This document shows, one piece after another, positions 38,600-49,363 of a stretch of DNA of 64,000 bases. This DNA comes from an uncultured Candidatus Saccharibacteria bacterium (GTDB taxonomy: Bacteria > Patescibacteriota > Dojkabacteria > J137): assembly GCA_965230975.1 (NCBI GenBank), contig OZ246402.1:101771-165770 (forward strand). Reading direction: 5' to 3'. The notes beneath the pieces were generated by a model. It made no database searches, was not told where the DNA came from, and saw nothing but the letters and a program-made list of their open reading frames with translations. The translations under genes and the position numbers were made by a program. Each line of letters begins with the position of its first letter. Positions within the stretch are counted from its first letter, which is position 1.

Positions 38600-41500
38600 T
38601 TATCTAATAATTAAGCTACTCATGCTAGTGATTTTAATCTGCTTACTTATTGGTAATATTGTGCTTTGCAAATAGTGTACTGTATATTTATTACCTCCTG
38701 CAACTCGAACATATTCAACTTTATTCCAAAGTGAGCTAAAGAGACGTGGGTCAGCAAGTTTTTTCCCTCCTGAACTAAATATAATATTTCCTTTTCCTAC
38801 AGCCTCTTCCATAACTAGTTTTTCTGTCAGGTTTGATGGAGAAGACGCATATTTAGGAATGCCCTTTGCAACAACTTTTGAAGCAATGGAGCTAATTCCA
38901 TAGCCTATTGCAGCGGTTACCCCCCCTGTTACACCACCTACAACTACAGCTTGAGCTAAACCTTCGACTGAAAATTGTTTTTCTTGAACTGCAACTTGTG
39001 CAGTATAGATAATAGCACCCGTCGCTGCACCAACTGCAATACCTACTCCAATTGCGCACACTACTGTCGCTAAACAAGCTGCCCCTGCTAACGCACCTGC
39101 CCCTACCGTTAATGCCGTAGACACAGCTGCACCTATTATTTCCCACTTATTTTCTTTGAAGAAATTACCTATCTCTTCCCAGAACATTCCACTAAAATCA
39201 TTCCCATTCAGCGGATCTACTGGATACACATAATCATTCTGTGTTCCACCTTCTACAGGGTCAACTTGCAAGAATCTACCTAATTCTGGAACATAAACTC
39301 TTGCACCCATTTGAATAAAATCAATATCAAACCTAACCTCTGTATCCCTTAAAGCACTACCACCAAAACCATAATCTGTAGTTGCAGCAATTTGAACCCC
39401 AAAAGGATCGTACCTAAAAATACTACCTGTATTCTTAGCAAGCACATTACCAGTTGAACTCATAATACTGTATTCAGAAACATCTGCTTTAACGGTCAAC
39501 CTTAAACCTGGTAAAGAAACATACCTTTCAATAATTGTACCTGCACCATTCTTTAAAACATCTGCAGAACTAGAACTACTACTAAACCCATAAACCTTAA
39601 CACTCTCACCCGAATTAAAATTACTGTTAATAACTCTACCTAAAACATCTCGAGTATATTGAATCCTACTACCCTCTTGAGAAACCGCTACATTTTGATC
39701 TGAAACATCATATTCAAAACTCAAATTACCCATCTCTATTGTATTACCGTGAGAATCATATTGAATCCCAGCAAACTTATTATTAGACGCTTGTATTAAT
39801 TTATCTGCAGCATCGTAACAATACTCGTTAGTAACAGTCACACCCTCAATAGTCAAAGAATCTGATGTCCTATTAAAATTCTTGTTTGAATTTTGAAAAG
39901 AACAATTAGTTGCCTGATTATAGTTATATGCAAATTGCCTATCTCCATAATCTGCTGCAACTAACCTATCTGCTTTATCAAAAGTATAGCTCTGATTATA
40001 AACTTGAGAATCTTGTGTAAACTTTTGAGCTAAAGTCAAACCTGATTGAGATTTAGTCAATTCTTCTGAAATAATTGTTCCATCACTTTGCCTCCAAGTA
40101 TATTTAATAGGCCTTTCTAAAGAATCTCTTGTAGTCCCTAAGTAAGCCAATTGTCCAGCCTCTGGATAAGTAATTGTAGAAACTCTACCTAAAGAATCGT
40201 AACTTACATTTGCATAAACAACTCCATTGTAAAGTTTAGATGTAACTTGAGAATAATCATTGTAAGTCCAAGACTCTGTACCGACTTCAGAAACCTTTTG
40301 AGTTAACCTATTTTGATTATTGTAAGTATAATTTGAAACACTTCCTAATGCATCTGTGTATTTAACTAAATTACCTAAGTAATCGTATTCAGAAATACTT
40401 ACAGTAGAACCATCCGTTACTAATCTTTTTAGTGGATTTCCACCATATGCAAAGTTATTAGTAACAGTCTTACCAGTCTTTTCATTGTTACTTGCAATAA
40501 CCTTGCTTTCTACTCTTCCTCTTGAATCATAATTTGTACAGTTCCATGCCTCGTCATTAATTTTACTCGCAACAACCCTACCAGAAGCATCATAAACAAC
40601 TTGTGTGCTTCTACCTACTTGTAAACCATCTCCATCTGGGTCTACCTCGGTTTTACCCTTTGCAAAACCAGCTTGAGAAACGGGGTCTGATGCAGGTGTA
40701 CATGGATTATCTACACTTTCTGTTGCTCCATAATATGAATATTTAGTAACAGATCCACCTGCTGAAGTTTTTGAAAGTTGCCTAAAGTAACCACTACCTT
40801 GAGGCTCATAACTTGCACTACTTTGATAATTTAAACCATTTGGATCTAAGACTTTATTTGCTACAAGACCGTATGCTGGGTCTTGATAGTTTGTTTTAGT
40901 TTCAATATTGCCGAGTTGTTGATCATAAATAACGTTTGTTGTAGCCAAGTTGTAACCAGGTGCTAAGTTGAGCCATTTATTAGTTTCTGTAATACCAGGG
41001 CCAGAAATTGTTGCATTAATAACAGGTGTAGTACCAAAACTTGCAAAATCTAATCTTACTCTATAAACCTTGCCTGCTTCTAAGGCAATTGAACCAGTTT
41101 TTTCAACACTTGTTGCAGATCTATTTGCCCAATTATCAATAATCAGTTGATCGTTAACAAATAATCTTGCACCGTCTGTATGTTGAAGTTTAAAGTTATA
41201 GGTTCCATTTTGAGCAATGCTTAATTTCCCTGTTAAAGAGAACCCTACTCCATCCATTCCCGCCTCTTTCGTAATGGGGAATGCTTGGTTTCTATAATCA
41301 AAATTCATTACTGCTTTGTCGTTATTGATTCCAAACTTGTGTAATTTTGGACTTCCGAATAACGTTGCTGTTGTTGGAGTATTACTTTTAACTTGATAAT
41401 AAGCAACTGCTGGACCTTGTAACCCCTCATCATATCTAGTTTCTGTTTTTGGAACTTGATTGACATAAGTAGATAATGGTTTTCTATCTGTACCAAACCA

Positions 41501-44500
41501 ACTTGCAGGTGCTGGGCCATAACTTTCTAAAGGTCTATCGTCTGAATCATAAATTGTAGTGCTTTTTAAACCTGTAGGACCAGTTGTACTTAAAATAATA
41601 TCTTTTGCACTATCCCATTCAGTTGTTGTACACAAAGCTATGTTGTCGCAAATCTTTGTAGTTCTATACTTAGAATCAAATTCTAAATATTTTGAATAAC
41701 CTACAGGTTCAGGTATTCCAACTAAATGTTGTTTAGAAGCTCTTGGGTAATATTCTAAGGTATGCTGTAAATTGGAATTCCCCGTATTACTTGGAAAGTA
41801 AACTTTTGTAGCTCTACCTAAAGCATCGTATTCAAAGTTGTAGCTAGCACCTTGTTCGTTTGCATTTCTTAAACCAGCCATTATGCTATCAATCATTCCT
41901 GTGTCTCTTAAAGAAGCTATTCTTCCATCTGTGTAGTAACCATACTCAAAAGATGCATCACCCGGGTAGTCAATTTTGTACAAATTGCCTTTATAGTAAT
42001 TAAACTTTGTCCATTTACCATCTGTTGTATAGAATGCACATAAGTGACCTGTTGGAATAGCATAGTCACCGCTAGTTGCGCTACACTCTGCTTCGCCTTG
42101 ATAGTAAAGTTTTCCAAACCTTGAGGAATCTACACCATCTATAATTCTTCTTAACCTTGTAAACCCACCTACATTTGCATACTCGTACTTTAATCCTGCT
42201 GGATTTTTATCATCATATGCAGTACTGGTTTCTTTTAATTTAAACTGCCCCGAGTTATCTAGTACATCATAAATATAAGTTGTGCCAGCTGTATCTGTAA
42301 AGGTATACGTACCATCATTATTTTTAACTAACCAACCATCCTCATTTACAGGTGATTTGTAACCTCCATTGTTGTAAGTGTATAAAGATTCTGTTCCATC
42401 TGTAGATATCATTACAACATCTTGATTTGCTTTTACTTTTAATGATTCAAAAGGGATAGAGCCATTAGAATCTAATGTTAAGTTCCATCCACTTGGCAAA
42501 GCTTTTACTTCTGGAATTAAATATTTACTTTCAATAACACCATTTAAACTAGGTCCAGTCCATTTTAAGGCTACTGATGCACCACCAGTTTTTTCGTACA
42601 TATCTACTACAATTTTGTTTGGTTGACCTGCCGTTAATTGAACACTGCCAGACCAAGCCTCAGTGTACCCATGGTCTGTCCAATTTTGAGCGATAATATT
42701 TCCATTTAAAGTAAGTCTGGAACCATCATCTGAACCAACTCCAAATGTATAATTGCCAGTAGTGGGAGCTATCACATAACCTTCATATCTAACTAAAAAG
42801 TTATCAACAGGGCCACCTACAACTGGTGAATACCCATCCCAATTATAGTTAATTTGAGGTTCATTTCTTAGTAAGAATCTAGTTGTATTTACATTAAAAT
42901 CATGGGTGCCATTGTCGTAATAATACTTACCTGTTAAACCCGTATTATTACTTAATGGAACAGGTGCTGTTCTAAAATATTCTGAAGGGACTACTTTTTG
43001 TGTACCATCTGGCATTTGAACATAAAGAATCGCTGTTGCTCCACCTCCAAACTCTACCATCTCCATTTTAATTGGCCATAGTTGACCCTCTGTAAGTGCT
43101 ACAGTATTGCCCATCCACTTTGTTCCGCAACATGGTGCATCTAAAATTACTGTGTTATTTCCATAAACTTTTATATTGTCATCTCCCATTACTCCAAATT
43201 TATAGTTACCTGTTGTTGGAGCAACAAAGTAACCTGACCATTGAGCCGAGAAATTATCTACACTTACTATTCCTGGGTAAGGAGACCCAGTTAGCCAATA
43301 ATTATCAATATTTGCATTTATAGTTGAATAGATTGGATCTCCGCTAAAAGTAGTGTTATTCCAATATTTAGCAGATAAACCCTCTCTGGTTATTGTTGGG
43401 GTATTGTATTCTAAGCCGATTCCAATATTCCCACCCAATGCATTCATTGAATGCGAGCTATTTGTTGTATATGCATTACCTGTTGCTAAGTTAACAGCAA
43501 AAGGACCTGCTTCATCGTAAGCTTGTGTAGGGTCTTTTCCTGCTCTAAAGTCCGTTTTGAAAGTTGCACTAAAAGACGGGCTTCCATGTTGATAATAATC
43601 GTCTCTAACGTATACACTCCACCTATATGTCTGACCATTTTGTAAAATACCATCTACCACAGTCATTGTTGGTGATGTAGTAAAACCACTTCTTTGTACA
43701 ATAGTATTATTGCTATCCCACAAAATAAATTCGTGGGTTAAGGTGTCTCCATCAGCATCATTTGCAGGGTTAGCTCTTAGGTTAACAGTTGTTGTTGTTA
43801 CTACAGAATTATCTGCAGGTGCACTTAAAGTAGCGTTATTATTTGGAATGTTGTTATAGGCCAAATTTAGTCTTGCATTGGCTGCATCAAAAGCTTTAAA
43901 TGTATCATATCTGTTTTCCTCTCCCCAAATAATTAACCAACCTCCATAAACTTTATTATCTGACAACCATTGGATTAAAGGTTTCATATCAATGTAACCG
44001 GAGGTTGTCATACGAGCACTCATTATAGGAGACCACCCAACGCAGTTAAAACTTATGCAACTTGCCCATGCAACGTTAATTTGTGCATTTGTATTGTAAA
44101 AACCGTTCCATCGATATGATTTGTAGCCCATTTGCAAATATAAATTTGCTCCTAAAACTTGCTTCCCAATTATTTCATCGTAATTAAATCTAACTACACT
44201 TCTCCAAGATTTTTGACCACCATCATTCAATCCACCTGTATTCATATCGCAATAAACATAATCACATGCATATCCATTACTTTTGTAAGAATAATATGCC
44301 CTAGATCCATTTTCTACTGTTTTTGTTGGGTAAACTGCAGGGTCTATTGATATGGGGAAGTTTTCTGGTTTTAATGATTTTAGCCAGTCTGCATTAAGAC
44401 TTACTTTAACTGTATTACCCTCAATTGTTTGACTTATTACATCTTCTGTAACTGGCCCAATGTTAGTAGCAATAATATATAGTGGTTCAATTACGAAGAC

Positions 44501-45334
44501 TTCATTACCAACTTTAATATTTAAAGCGCCTTTTTCTTCCGTTGAATATGATAATTCACCTCCAACAACTTCAAATTCAAAGTTTGGATTTTTTATGTAC
44601 TTATTTAATACAATATATTCTTTAATATAGTCATCATGAAATTCGTAAACCAAATCTACATTTTCCCAAGCATTTCTATAAATTACTGCACCTTCTAATT
44701 CTTCAGGTTTTACATTATTTATATTTTTGGGTTTGAAAGTTAGTTCTTGACCAGCTACATTAATCGTTATTCCATTAGAAAGTTTTTTATATTTAACATC
44801 TAATTTGCTTGAGTCTATCTCTAAATCTTCTTTGTTCTTTTTTACATTGTTTTTTATCTCTTTAAATGAATCATTCTCTTTTGTAAATCTATCTGTCAAA
44901 CTTTGCTCTACAATATTTAAACCTTCTTGTGTAGTATATTTTTTTGTTTTCTCATCTATATTTTTTGTATTTGAAGTATTTTTCTTTAGGTTTTCTATTT
45001 CTTCATTTTTTATAGACTTTAACTCTTGTTTATTATCGTTTGCAGTTGTACCACTTAACTTATCTGAATAATCAACCCCACTACCTAAAGGATATGGTGA
45101 TTCTTGTACTTTTAATGGGTCTATCCTATCTGCTTTCTTTATTTTGGAGTCTTGATAATTCTTATTCTCTTTGATTGCTTTCGAATTTAATCGAACAAAC
45201 TCAGATTCAGATACTTTCTTGCGTAACTCAATTATATTTTGTGCATTAATGGCTATTGGCTGAAATGTTTGAAATATTACTAAGAGGCACAGCAAGACAC
45301 CTACCCTACTTAAGTGTTTTAGGATTATATCCAT
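38600..45334 (-). CDS. secreted RHS/YD-repeat polymorphic toxin (2244 aa) with three PA14 domains and a variable C-terminal domain
   Basis: Signal peptide [34 protein letters not shown]14 hallmarks [26 protein letters not shown] and [14 protein letters not shown]. More than 15 YD repeats ([28 protein letters not shown], and others). The Rhs core ends [38 protein letters not shown]. The ~190-aa C-terminal tail has glycine-zipper hydrophobic stretches. Confidence 0.85.
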   Translation of the reverse strand: MDIILKHLSRVGVLLCLLVIFQTFQPIAINAQNIIELRKKVSESEFVRLNSKAIKENKNYQDSKIKKADRIDPLKVQESPYPLGSGVDYSDKLSGTTANDNKQELKSIKNEEIENLKKNTSNTKNIDEKTKKYTTQEGLNIVEQSLTDRFTKENDSFKEIKNNVKKNKEDLEIDSSKLDVKYKKLSNGITINVAGQELTFKPKNINNVKPEELEGAVIYRNAWENVDLVYEFHDDYIKEYIVLNKYIKNPNFEFEVVGGELSYSTEEKGALNIKVGNEVFVIEPLYIIATNIGPVTEDVISQTIEGNTVKVSLNADWLKSLKPENFPISIDPAVYPTKTVENGSRAYYSYKSNGYACDYVYCDMNTGGLNDGGQKSWRSVVRFNYDEIIGKQVLGANLYLQMGYKSYRWNGFYNTNAQINVAWASCISFNCVGWSPIMSARMTTSGYIDMKPLIQWLSDNKVYGGWLIIWGEENRYDTFKAFDAANARLNLAYNNIPNNNATLSAPADNSVVTTTTVNLRANPANDADGDTLTHEFILWDSNNTIVQRSGFTTSPTMTVVDGILQNGQTYRWSVYVRDDYYQHGSPSFSATFKTDFRAGKDPTQAYDEAGPFAVNLATGNAYTTNSSHSMNALGGNIGIGLEYNTPTITREGLSAKYWNNTTFSGDPIYSTINANIDNYWLTGSPYPGIVSVDNFSAQWSGYFVAPTTGNYKFGVMGDDNIKVYGNNTVILDAPCCGTKWMGNTVALTEGQLWPIKMEMVEFGGGATAILYVQMPDGTQKVVPSEYFRTAPVPLSNNTGLTGKYYYDNGTHDFNVNTTRFLLRNEPQINYNWDGYSPVVGGPVDNFLVRYEGYVIAPTTGNYTFGVGSDDGSRLTLNGNIIAQNWTDHGYTEAWSGSVQLTAGQPNKIVVDMYEKTGGASVALKWTGPSLNGVIESKYLIPEVKALPSGWNLTLDSNGSIPFESLKVKANQDVVMISTDGTESLYTYNNGGYKSPVNEDGWLVKNNDGTYTFTDTAGTTYIYDVLDNSGQFKLKETSTAYDDKNPAGLKYEYANVGGFTRLRRIIDGVDSSRFGKLYYQGEAECSATSGDYAIPTGHLCAFYTTDGKWTKFNYYKGNLYKIDYPGDASFEYGYYTDGRIASLRDTGMIDSIMAGLRNANEQGASYNFEYDALGRATKVYFPSNTGNSNLQHTLEYYPRASKQHLVGIPEPVGYSKYLEFDSKYRTTKICDNIALCTTTEWDSAKDIILSTTGPTGLKSTTIYDSDDRPLESYGPAPASWFGTDRKPLSTYVNQVPKTETRYDEGLQGPAVAYYQVKSNTPTTATLFGSPKLHKFGINNDKAVMNFDYRNQAFPITKEAGMDGVGFSLTGKLSIAQNGTYNFKLQHTDGARLFVNDQLIIDNWANRSATSVEKTGSIALEAGKVYRVRLDFASFGTTPVINATISGPGITETNKWLNLAPGYNLATTNVIYDQQLGNIETKTNYQDPAYGLVANKVLDPNGLNYQSSASYEPQGSGYFRQLSKTSAGGSVTKYSYYGATESVDNPCTPASDPVSQAGFAKGKTEVDPDGDGLQVGRSTQVVYDASGRVVASKINDEAWNCTNYDSRGRVESKVIASNNEKTGKTVTNNFAYGGNPLKRLVTDGSTVSISEYDYLGNLVKYTDALGSVSNYTYNNQNRLTQKVSEVGTESWTYNDYSQVTSKLYNGVVYANVSYDSLGRVSTITYPEAGQLAYLGTTRDSLERPIKYTWRQSDGTIISEELTKSQSGLTLAQKFTQDSQVYNQSYTFDKADRLVAADYGDRQFAYNYNQATNCSFQNSNKNFNRTSDSLTIEGVTVTNEYCYDAADKLIQASNNKFAGIQYDSHGNTIEMGNLSFEYDVSDQNVAVSQEGSRIQYTRDVLGRVINSNFNSGESVKVYGFSSSSSSADVLKNGAGTIIERYVSLPGLRLTVKADVSEYSIMSSTGNVLAKNTGSIFRYDPFGVQIAATTDYGFGGSALRDTEVRFDIDFIQMGARVYVPELGRFLQVDPVEGGTQNDYVYPVDPLNGNDFSGMFWEEIGNFFKENKWEIIGAAVSTALTVGAGALAGAACLATVVCAIGVGIAVGAATGAIIYTAQVAVQEKQFSVEGLAQAVVVGGVTGGVTAAIGYGISSIASKVVAKGIPKYASSPSNLTEKLVMEEAVGKGNIIFSSGGKKLADPRLFSSLWNKVEYVRVAGGNKYTVHYLQSTILPISKQIKITSMSSLIIR

Positions 45335-45570
45335 ATAATAAAGAGTAAAAAATATAGATTTGGTTTACAGCTATATAAATTTACCCTTTTATACCAAAAT
45401 ATTTTTTACTCCGCATTGTGCCGTGGCGCAAATTTTGAGGTTTTTTTCAAAAAATTCGTTGTGTTTAGAAATTAAATTTAATTATTACATTGAAATACTT
45501 GGTGGTAAAGCTTTATCCCAAGTAAAAAACATCACAGGTAATGTTTGTTACTATTGTCTAATATCATAAA

Positions 45571-45758
45571 TTAATCCATATTACTTTAACAGTTCTAAAC
45601 TTCTCCACCTGGCTATAATGCTTTATAGCTGAAAGCTTTCTAAAAGATATTCCTAAATTACACCAAGATAATTCCACACTAGATAATTTCTATTAAGCTT
45701 GTAGGTAAATAGTTTCAACGAAGATGCGATAGAATTAATCCACTCAACTTTTCCACAT
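45571..45758 (+). promoter_or_regulatory. cluster of DnaA-box-like motifs plus an AT-rich tract upstream of dnaN (candidate oriC half)
   Basis: There are five same-orientation TCCA(C/T) cores: TTAATCCAT, TTCTCCACC, AATTCCACA, TAATCCACT, TTTTCCACA. They score 7/9, 7/9, 6/9, 7/9 and 8/9 against TTATCCACA. An AT-rich stretch follows at 45781-45860. Confidence 0.3.
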
Positions 45759-45866
45759 ATACGAAATGGCGAGATTGCTGATATAATAAAAATATTAGAA
45801 GACATATACACATATCAACATGCCCTATAACTATAAACTTCTACTTTTTAAAATATAATATTAGTT

Positions 45867-47012
45867 ATGGAAATCAAATTAAACCATACAAACTTAGCAA
45901 AGTCTTTACAATATACAAGTAGAGCTGTAAGTGCCAAACCAAACATACCAGTATTGAGTAATGTACTTTTAGATGTAACTAAAAATGGATTAAAACTTTC
46001 TGCAACTAATTTAGACATGGGGATAAACGTGTGGATACCTGGGTTGGTAGATCACGAGGGAAAGATTACTGTATCAGCAAAATTCATTTCTGACTTTGTA
46101 AGTGCATCTAGTGGAGACAATGTAGAGTTAAAATTAGATGGAAGTGTCGTAACTGTTAAAACAGATAAATCAAAAGCAAATTTTAATACAATATTAGCAA
46201 ATGAATTTCCGGTACTTCCAGAAATTTCCGAAACACCTCTCTTTAAAATCTCGGCAAAAGAATTTATGACATCTATGGATAAAGTCATATTTTCCTGCTC
46301 TACCGATATGAGCATTGGTAAGATTCAACAAAGTGGGGTTTTATTTGAACTTAATAAAGAAGATTCAGAAGTAATTTTTGTAGGTTTAGACGGTTTTAGA
46401 CTTTCTAAAAGAAATGCTAAGGTAAAAGATTTAGCAGAAACATTGCCTACAGAACAAATTATAGTGCCTGCAAAATACTTGGCTGAAGTTCAAAAGATTG
46501 CATCAGATTACGTAGATTTAGATGAAATTGAAGTTTATTTAAGTAAAAATAACTCTCAAATAATATTCAAATTTGAAGAGATTGAATTTAGCATTAGATT
46601 AATAGAAGGTCCTTACCCTGAATACAAAAGAATATTACCAGACTCTGCATCATTTACTTTTGAGGTAAAAAGAGGTGATTTAGAGAATGCTATTAAAGTT
46701 GTTAATACATTTGCAAGAAGTAACTTAGGTTACAAGACTTTGTTTGATTTAGATTTAGAAAACTCTGCTATTAAATTAAAATCAATTGTTGCAGAGGTTG
46801 GTGAAAATGAATCTATTGTTAATGTTACAGAAGTTCAGGCCGATACAGACTTAAATACATCTTACAACTTAAAGTTTATTCAAGATGTTGTTTCTCATAT
46901 TAAAGGAGATACTATTATTTTCGAAACAAAAGGCCCTTTGGCTGCGTCAGTATTTAAAGATAAATCAGATGCAAGGTTTGTACATTTGCTAATGCCTTTA
47001 AGAAGAGAATAA
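45867..47012 (+). CDS. dnaN: DNA polymerase III beta subunit (sliding clamp)
   Basis: 381 aa. N-terminus MEIKLNHTNLAKSLQYTSRAVSAKPNIPVLSNVLLDV, with a three-domain length. Confidence 0.9.
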   Translation: MEIKLNHTNLAKSLQYTSRAVSAKPNIPVLSNVLLDVTKNGLKLSATNLDMGINVWIPGLVDHEGKITVSAKFISDFVSASSGDNVELKLDGSVVTVKTDKSKANFNTILANEFPVLPEISETPLFKISAKEFMTSMDKVIFSCSTDMSIGKIQQSGVLFELNKEDSEVIFVGLDGFRLSKRNAKVKDLAETLPTEQIIVPAKYLAEVQKIASDYVDLDEIEVYLSKNNSQIIFKFEEIEFSIRLIEGPYPEYKRILPDSASFTFEVKRGDLENAIKVVNTFARSNLGYKTLFDLDLENSAIKLKSIVAEVGENESIVNVTEVQADTDLNTSYNLKFIQDVVSHIKGDTIIFETKGPLAASVFKDKSDARFVHLLMPLRRE

Positions 47013-47016
47013 ATTT

Positions 47017-47523
47017 TTAGCTTTCAGTAAGTAAACGGTCTATAAGATCTTCAGGTATATTTTCATGACTGTAAACAGTTATTCGGTTATCCCTAAGTAA
47101 TTGAGCTACTACTCCGCTACCTGGAATTTTATTTCCTTTAAACTGACCATCATAAACAATTGAAGATCCACAAGAAGGACTATTCTCTCTTAAAACAGCA
47201 ATAGTGATTCCATTATCAAGACACATCTTTAAAGTGTTTTGCGCACCTTGTATAAATTGATCAGTAACATCTTTTCCTCTACTTCCATCTTCATTCCAGG
47301 TTTCATATATTCTTGCATTACCTGCTAAAACATCTGCGGCAGTTTTTCCTCTTTCTATTTCTGCCGGTTTTCTGGGAGTTGAAAATCCAGCGGAAACTTC
47401 TGCACAAAAATGCACAGCTTTACCATTCTGAATTAGTTTACTCAGTGTTGGTATATCTAAACAAGTCCCATTAAATTTAGTCGGATGCCCAACTAGGCAA
47501 GAACTTACAAGTAATTTATCCAT
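47017..47523 (-). CDS. DUF523-family protein (TudS-like putative thio-nucleobase desulfurase)
   Basis: Cysteine motifs SSCLVGHPTKFNG and ENSPSCGSS are characteristic of DUF523. Confidence 0.55.
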   Translation of the reverse strand: MDKLLVSSCLVGHPTKFNGTCLDIPTLSKLIQNGKAVHFCAEVSAGFSTPRKPAEIERGKTAADVLAGNARIYETWNEDGSRGKDVTDQFIQGAQNTLKMCLDNGITIAVLRENSPSCGSSIVYDGQFKGNKIPGSGVVAQLLRDNRITVYSHENIPEDLIDRLLTES

Positions 47524-47743
47524 AGCATGAGTATAACAATACTAGCCCTCTTTTATCAAAAAGCCACTCGCTTTATGCATCAAGAATATGTAATTGTGGA
47601 TGAAATTATTTACAAATATTCGTATCAAAGTACAGTTTGTTGCGACTAATAATTTACAGATTTACGAACTTTATTAACGTAACATTATGAAGTAAAAGTG
47701 CAAAACTACATGTGAATCCTGTACTCTATTTTAAAAATACTCT

Positions 47744-48862
47744 GTGAAACACTTGTTAAATATATCTTTTAGTACGCTACCCTCTACAAAAGAGATATTA
47801 CTTAGTGGTATATTAGAAGATATGTTCACATTCAAACCTTTTGATAATTCACCAGAAATTTGGGATCAATTAAATGATTCAGATAAATATTCATCATTTC
47901 TTACATCTATTGATTGGATAGATTTTCAAAAATCGCTTGGCAAAGAAATTCAGCAATTTTATATTCTAAAAAACGAGCAACAAGTTGGCCTTGTATATAT
48001 AGAAATTTATAGAAGAAAACTTCAAAAATTTGTATATGCACCATACAACCCTGTTTTTGGAGTTGAAGTTATTCAAGGAGAAAAAGACCTAGAAGAATTC
48101 TTAAATGATTTTAAAAACTTTGCTCAGGAGTTCATTAAAACAAACAATTTAACTCTGTTTAGATTTGATACGCTACTATCAAAAAGTAGTGCGCAAAATC
48201 TCGTTAAAGTGGGCTTTAAACCGTCGAATGCACCCGGTCAGTCCAAAGACAGCTGGGAGATAAATTTAGAGCAATCTGAAGAGGAATTAAGAGGTGGAAT
48301 GAGCAAATCTACAAGATACAACATCAATAAAACATCTAGAGAAGGACTTGAATTTATTCAAGCCTATTCAGATGAACACATAAAAGCTTTTGCTAACTTA
48401 ATGATAGAAACAACAGGAAGAAAAGGTTTTGGTAATTATGATTATTCTTACTTTAAAAAACAGTTTGATGAATTAAATAATAAAAAGAGAATGGATATTT
48501 TCTTAGCTAAAAAAGATGGAAAGTATTTAGCAGGTGCTTTGGTTAATTACCATAAACAAACGGCTTATTACACGCATGGGTGCTCTACTTCTGACAGAGA
48601 ATTATCAAAGTTAAGAGCTCCATATTTCTTGCAGTGGAATGTAATTCAAAAGATGAAGCAAGATGGTTTTACAAAATATAATATGTGGGGAATTTTGCCA
48701 GAAGGTGTTAAAGGCACAATTTCAGGCGTTTCAGAATTTAAAAAAAGCTTTGGTGGATACGAAATAAATTATGTTGGGCCATTTGAGGTTTCAAATGGTG
48801 GATTTAAATATACACTTCACCGACTAATTGATTGGTGGATTTACAGGAAGGATAGGTATTAA
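47744..48862 (+). CDS. FemAB-family peptidoglycan interpeptide-bridge aminoacyltransferase (paralogue 1; GTG start)
   Basis: FLTSIDWIDFQKSLGKE N-terminus, a GNAT-like duplicated fold, and length 372 aa. Confidence 0.55.
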   Translation: MKHLLNISFSTLPSTKEILLSGILEDMFTFKPFDNSPEIWDQLNDSDKYSSFLTSIDWIDFQKSLGKEIQQFYILKNEQQVGLVYIEIYRRKLQKFVYAPYNPVFGVEVIQGEKDLEEFLNDFKNFAQEFIKTNNLTLFRFDTLLSKSSAQNLVKVGFKPSNAPGQSKDSWEINLEQSEEELRGGMSKSTRYNINKTSREGLEFIQAYSDEHIKAFANLMIETTGRKGFGNYDYSYFKKQFDELNNKKRMDIFLAKKDGKYLAGALVNYHKQTAYYTHGCSTSDRELSKLRAPYFLQWNVIQKMKQDGFTKYNMWGILPEGVKGTISGVSEFKKSFGGYEINYVGPFEVSNGGFKYTLHRLIDWWIYRKDRY

Positions 48863-48863
48863 C

Positions 48864-49283
48864 ATGAATCAAAAAGATTTATACAATTTTATTCATTCAA
48901 AAAAATACATGGTTTTGTCTACAGTTAATCGACAAGGAAACCCTGAATCTGGATTAATGGCTTTTGGAGATACAGATAATCTAGAAATCATATTTGGGAC
49001 TTATAGTTCTACCAGAAAATATTCCAACTTAATAGAAAACCCTAATGTTTCAGTTGTAATAGGTACCGACGATGACATGAAATCTATTCAGTACGAAGGA
49101 ATTGTAACTCAAGTAAGTAAAGATTTAATAGACGAAATTGTAAGTCCATACTTCACTAAAAATCCATACTCATTAAATTTCAAGAATAATCTGGAACAAA
49201 CTTACTGGGTAATTAAACCTAAGTGGATCAAGTACACCGATTATAGTCAATCAGAGATATTTACTTATGAGATAACTTATTGA
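48864..49283 (+). CDS. pyridoxamine-5'-phosphate-oxidase-like FMN-binding split-barrel protein
   Basis: LYNFIHSKKYMVLSTVNRQGNPESGLMAFG. The track ORF starts at 48828 inside the upstream gene. ATG at 48864 lies 1 nt after the upstream stop and is the more likely start. Confidence 0.55.
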   Translation: MNQKDLYNFIHSKKYMVLSTVNRQGNPESGLMAFGDTDNLEIIFGTYSSTRKYSNLIENPNVSVVIGTDDDMKSIQYEGIVTQVSKDLIDEIVSPYFTKNPYSLNFKNNLEQTYWVIKPKWIKYTDYSQSEIFTYEITY

Positions 49284-49363
49284 AAAATAAGAATCTAAAA
49301 GTTTATCACCATTAACTTATGGAATCTGAAAATGAAGGTGTATAATAATCAATAAAAATAACT

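Noticed and set aside
38892-39146. 84-aa Cys/Arg-rich minus-strand ORF
   Set aside because: It is an alternative frame inside the RHS gene's glycine-zipper region. GGN and GCN codon runs read as Cys/Arg/Ser in the shifted frame. It is an artefact.
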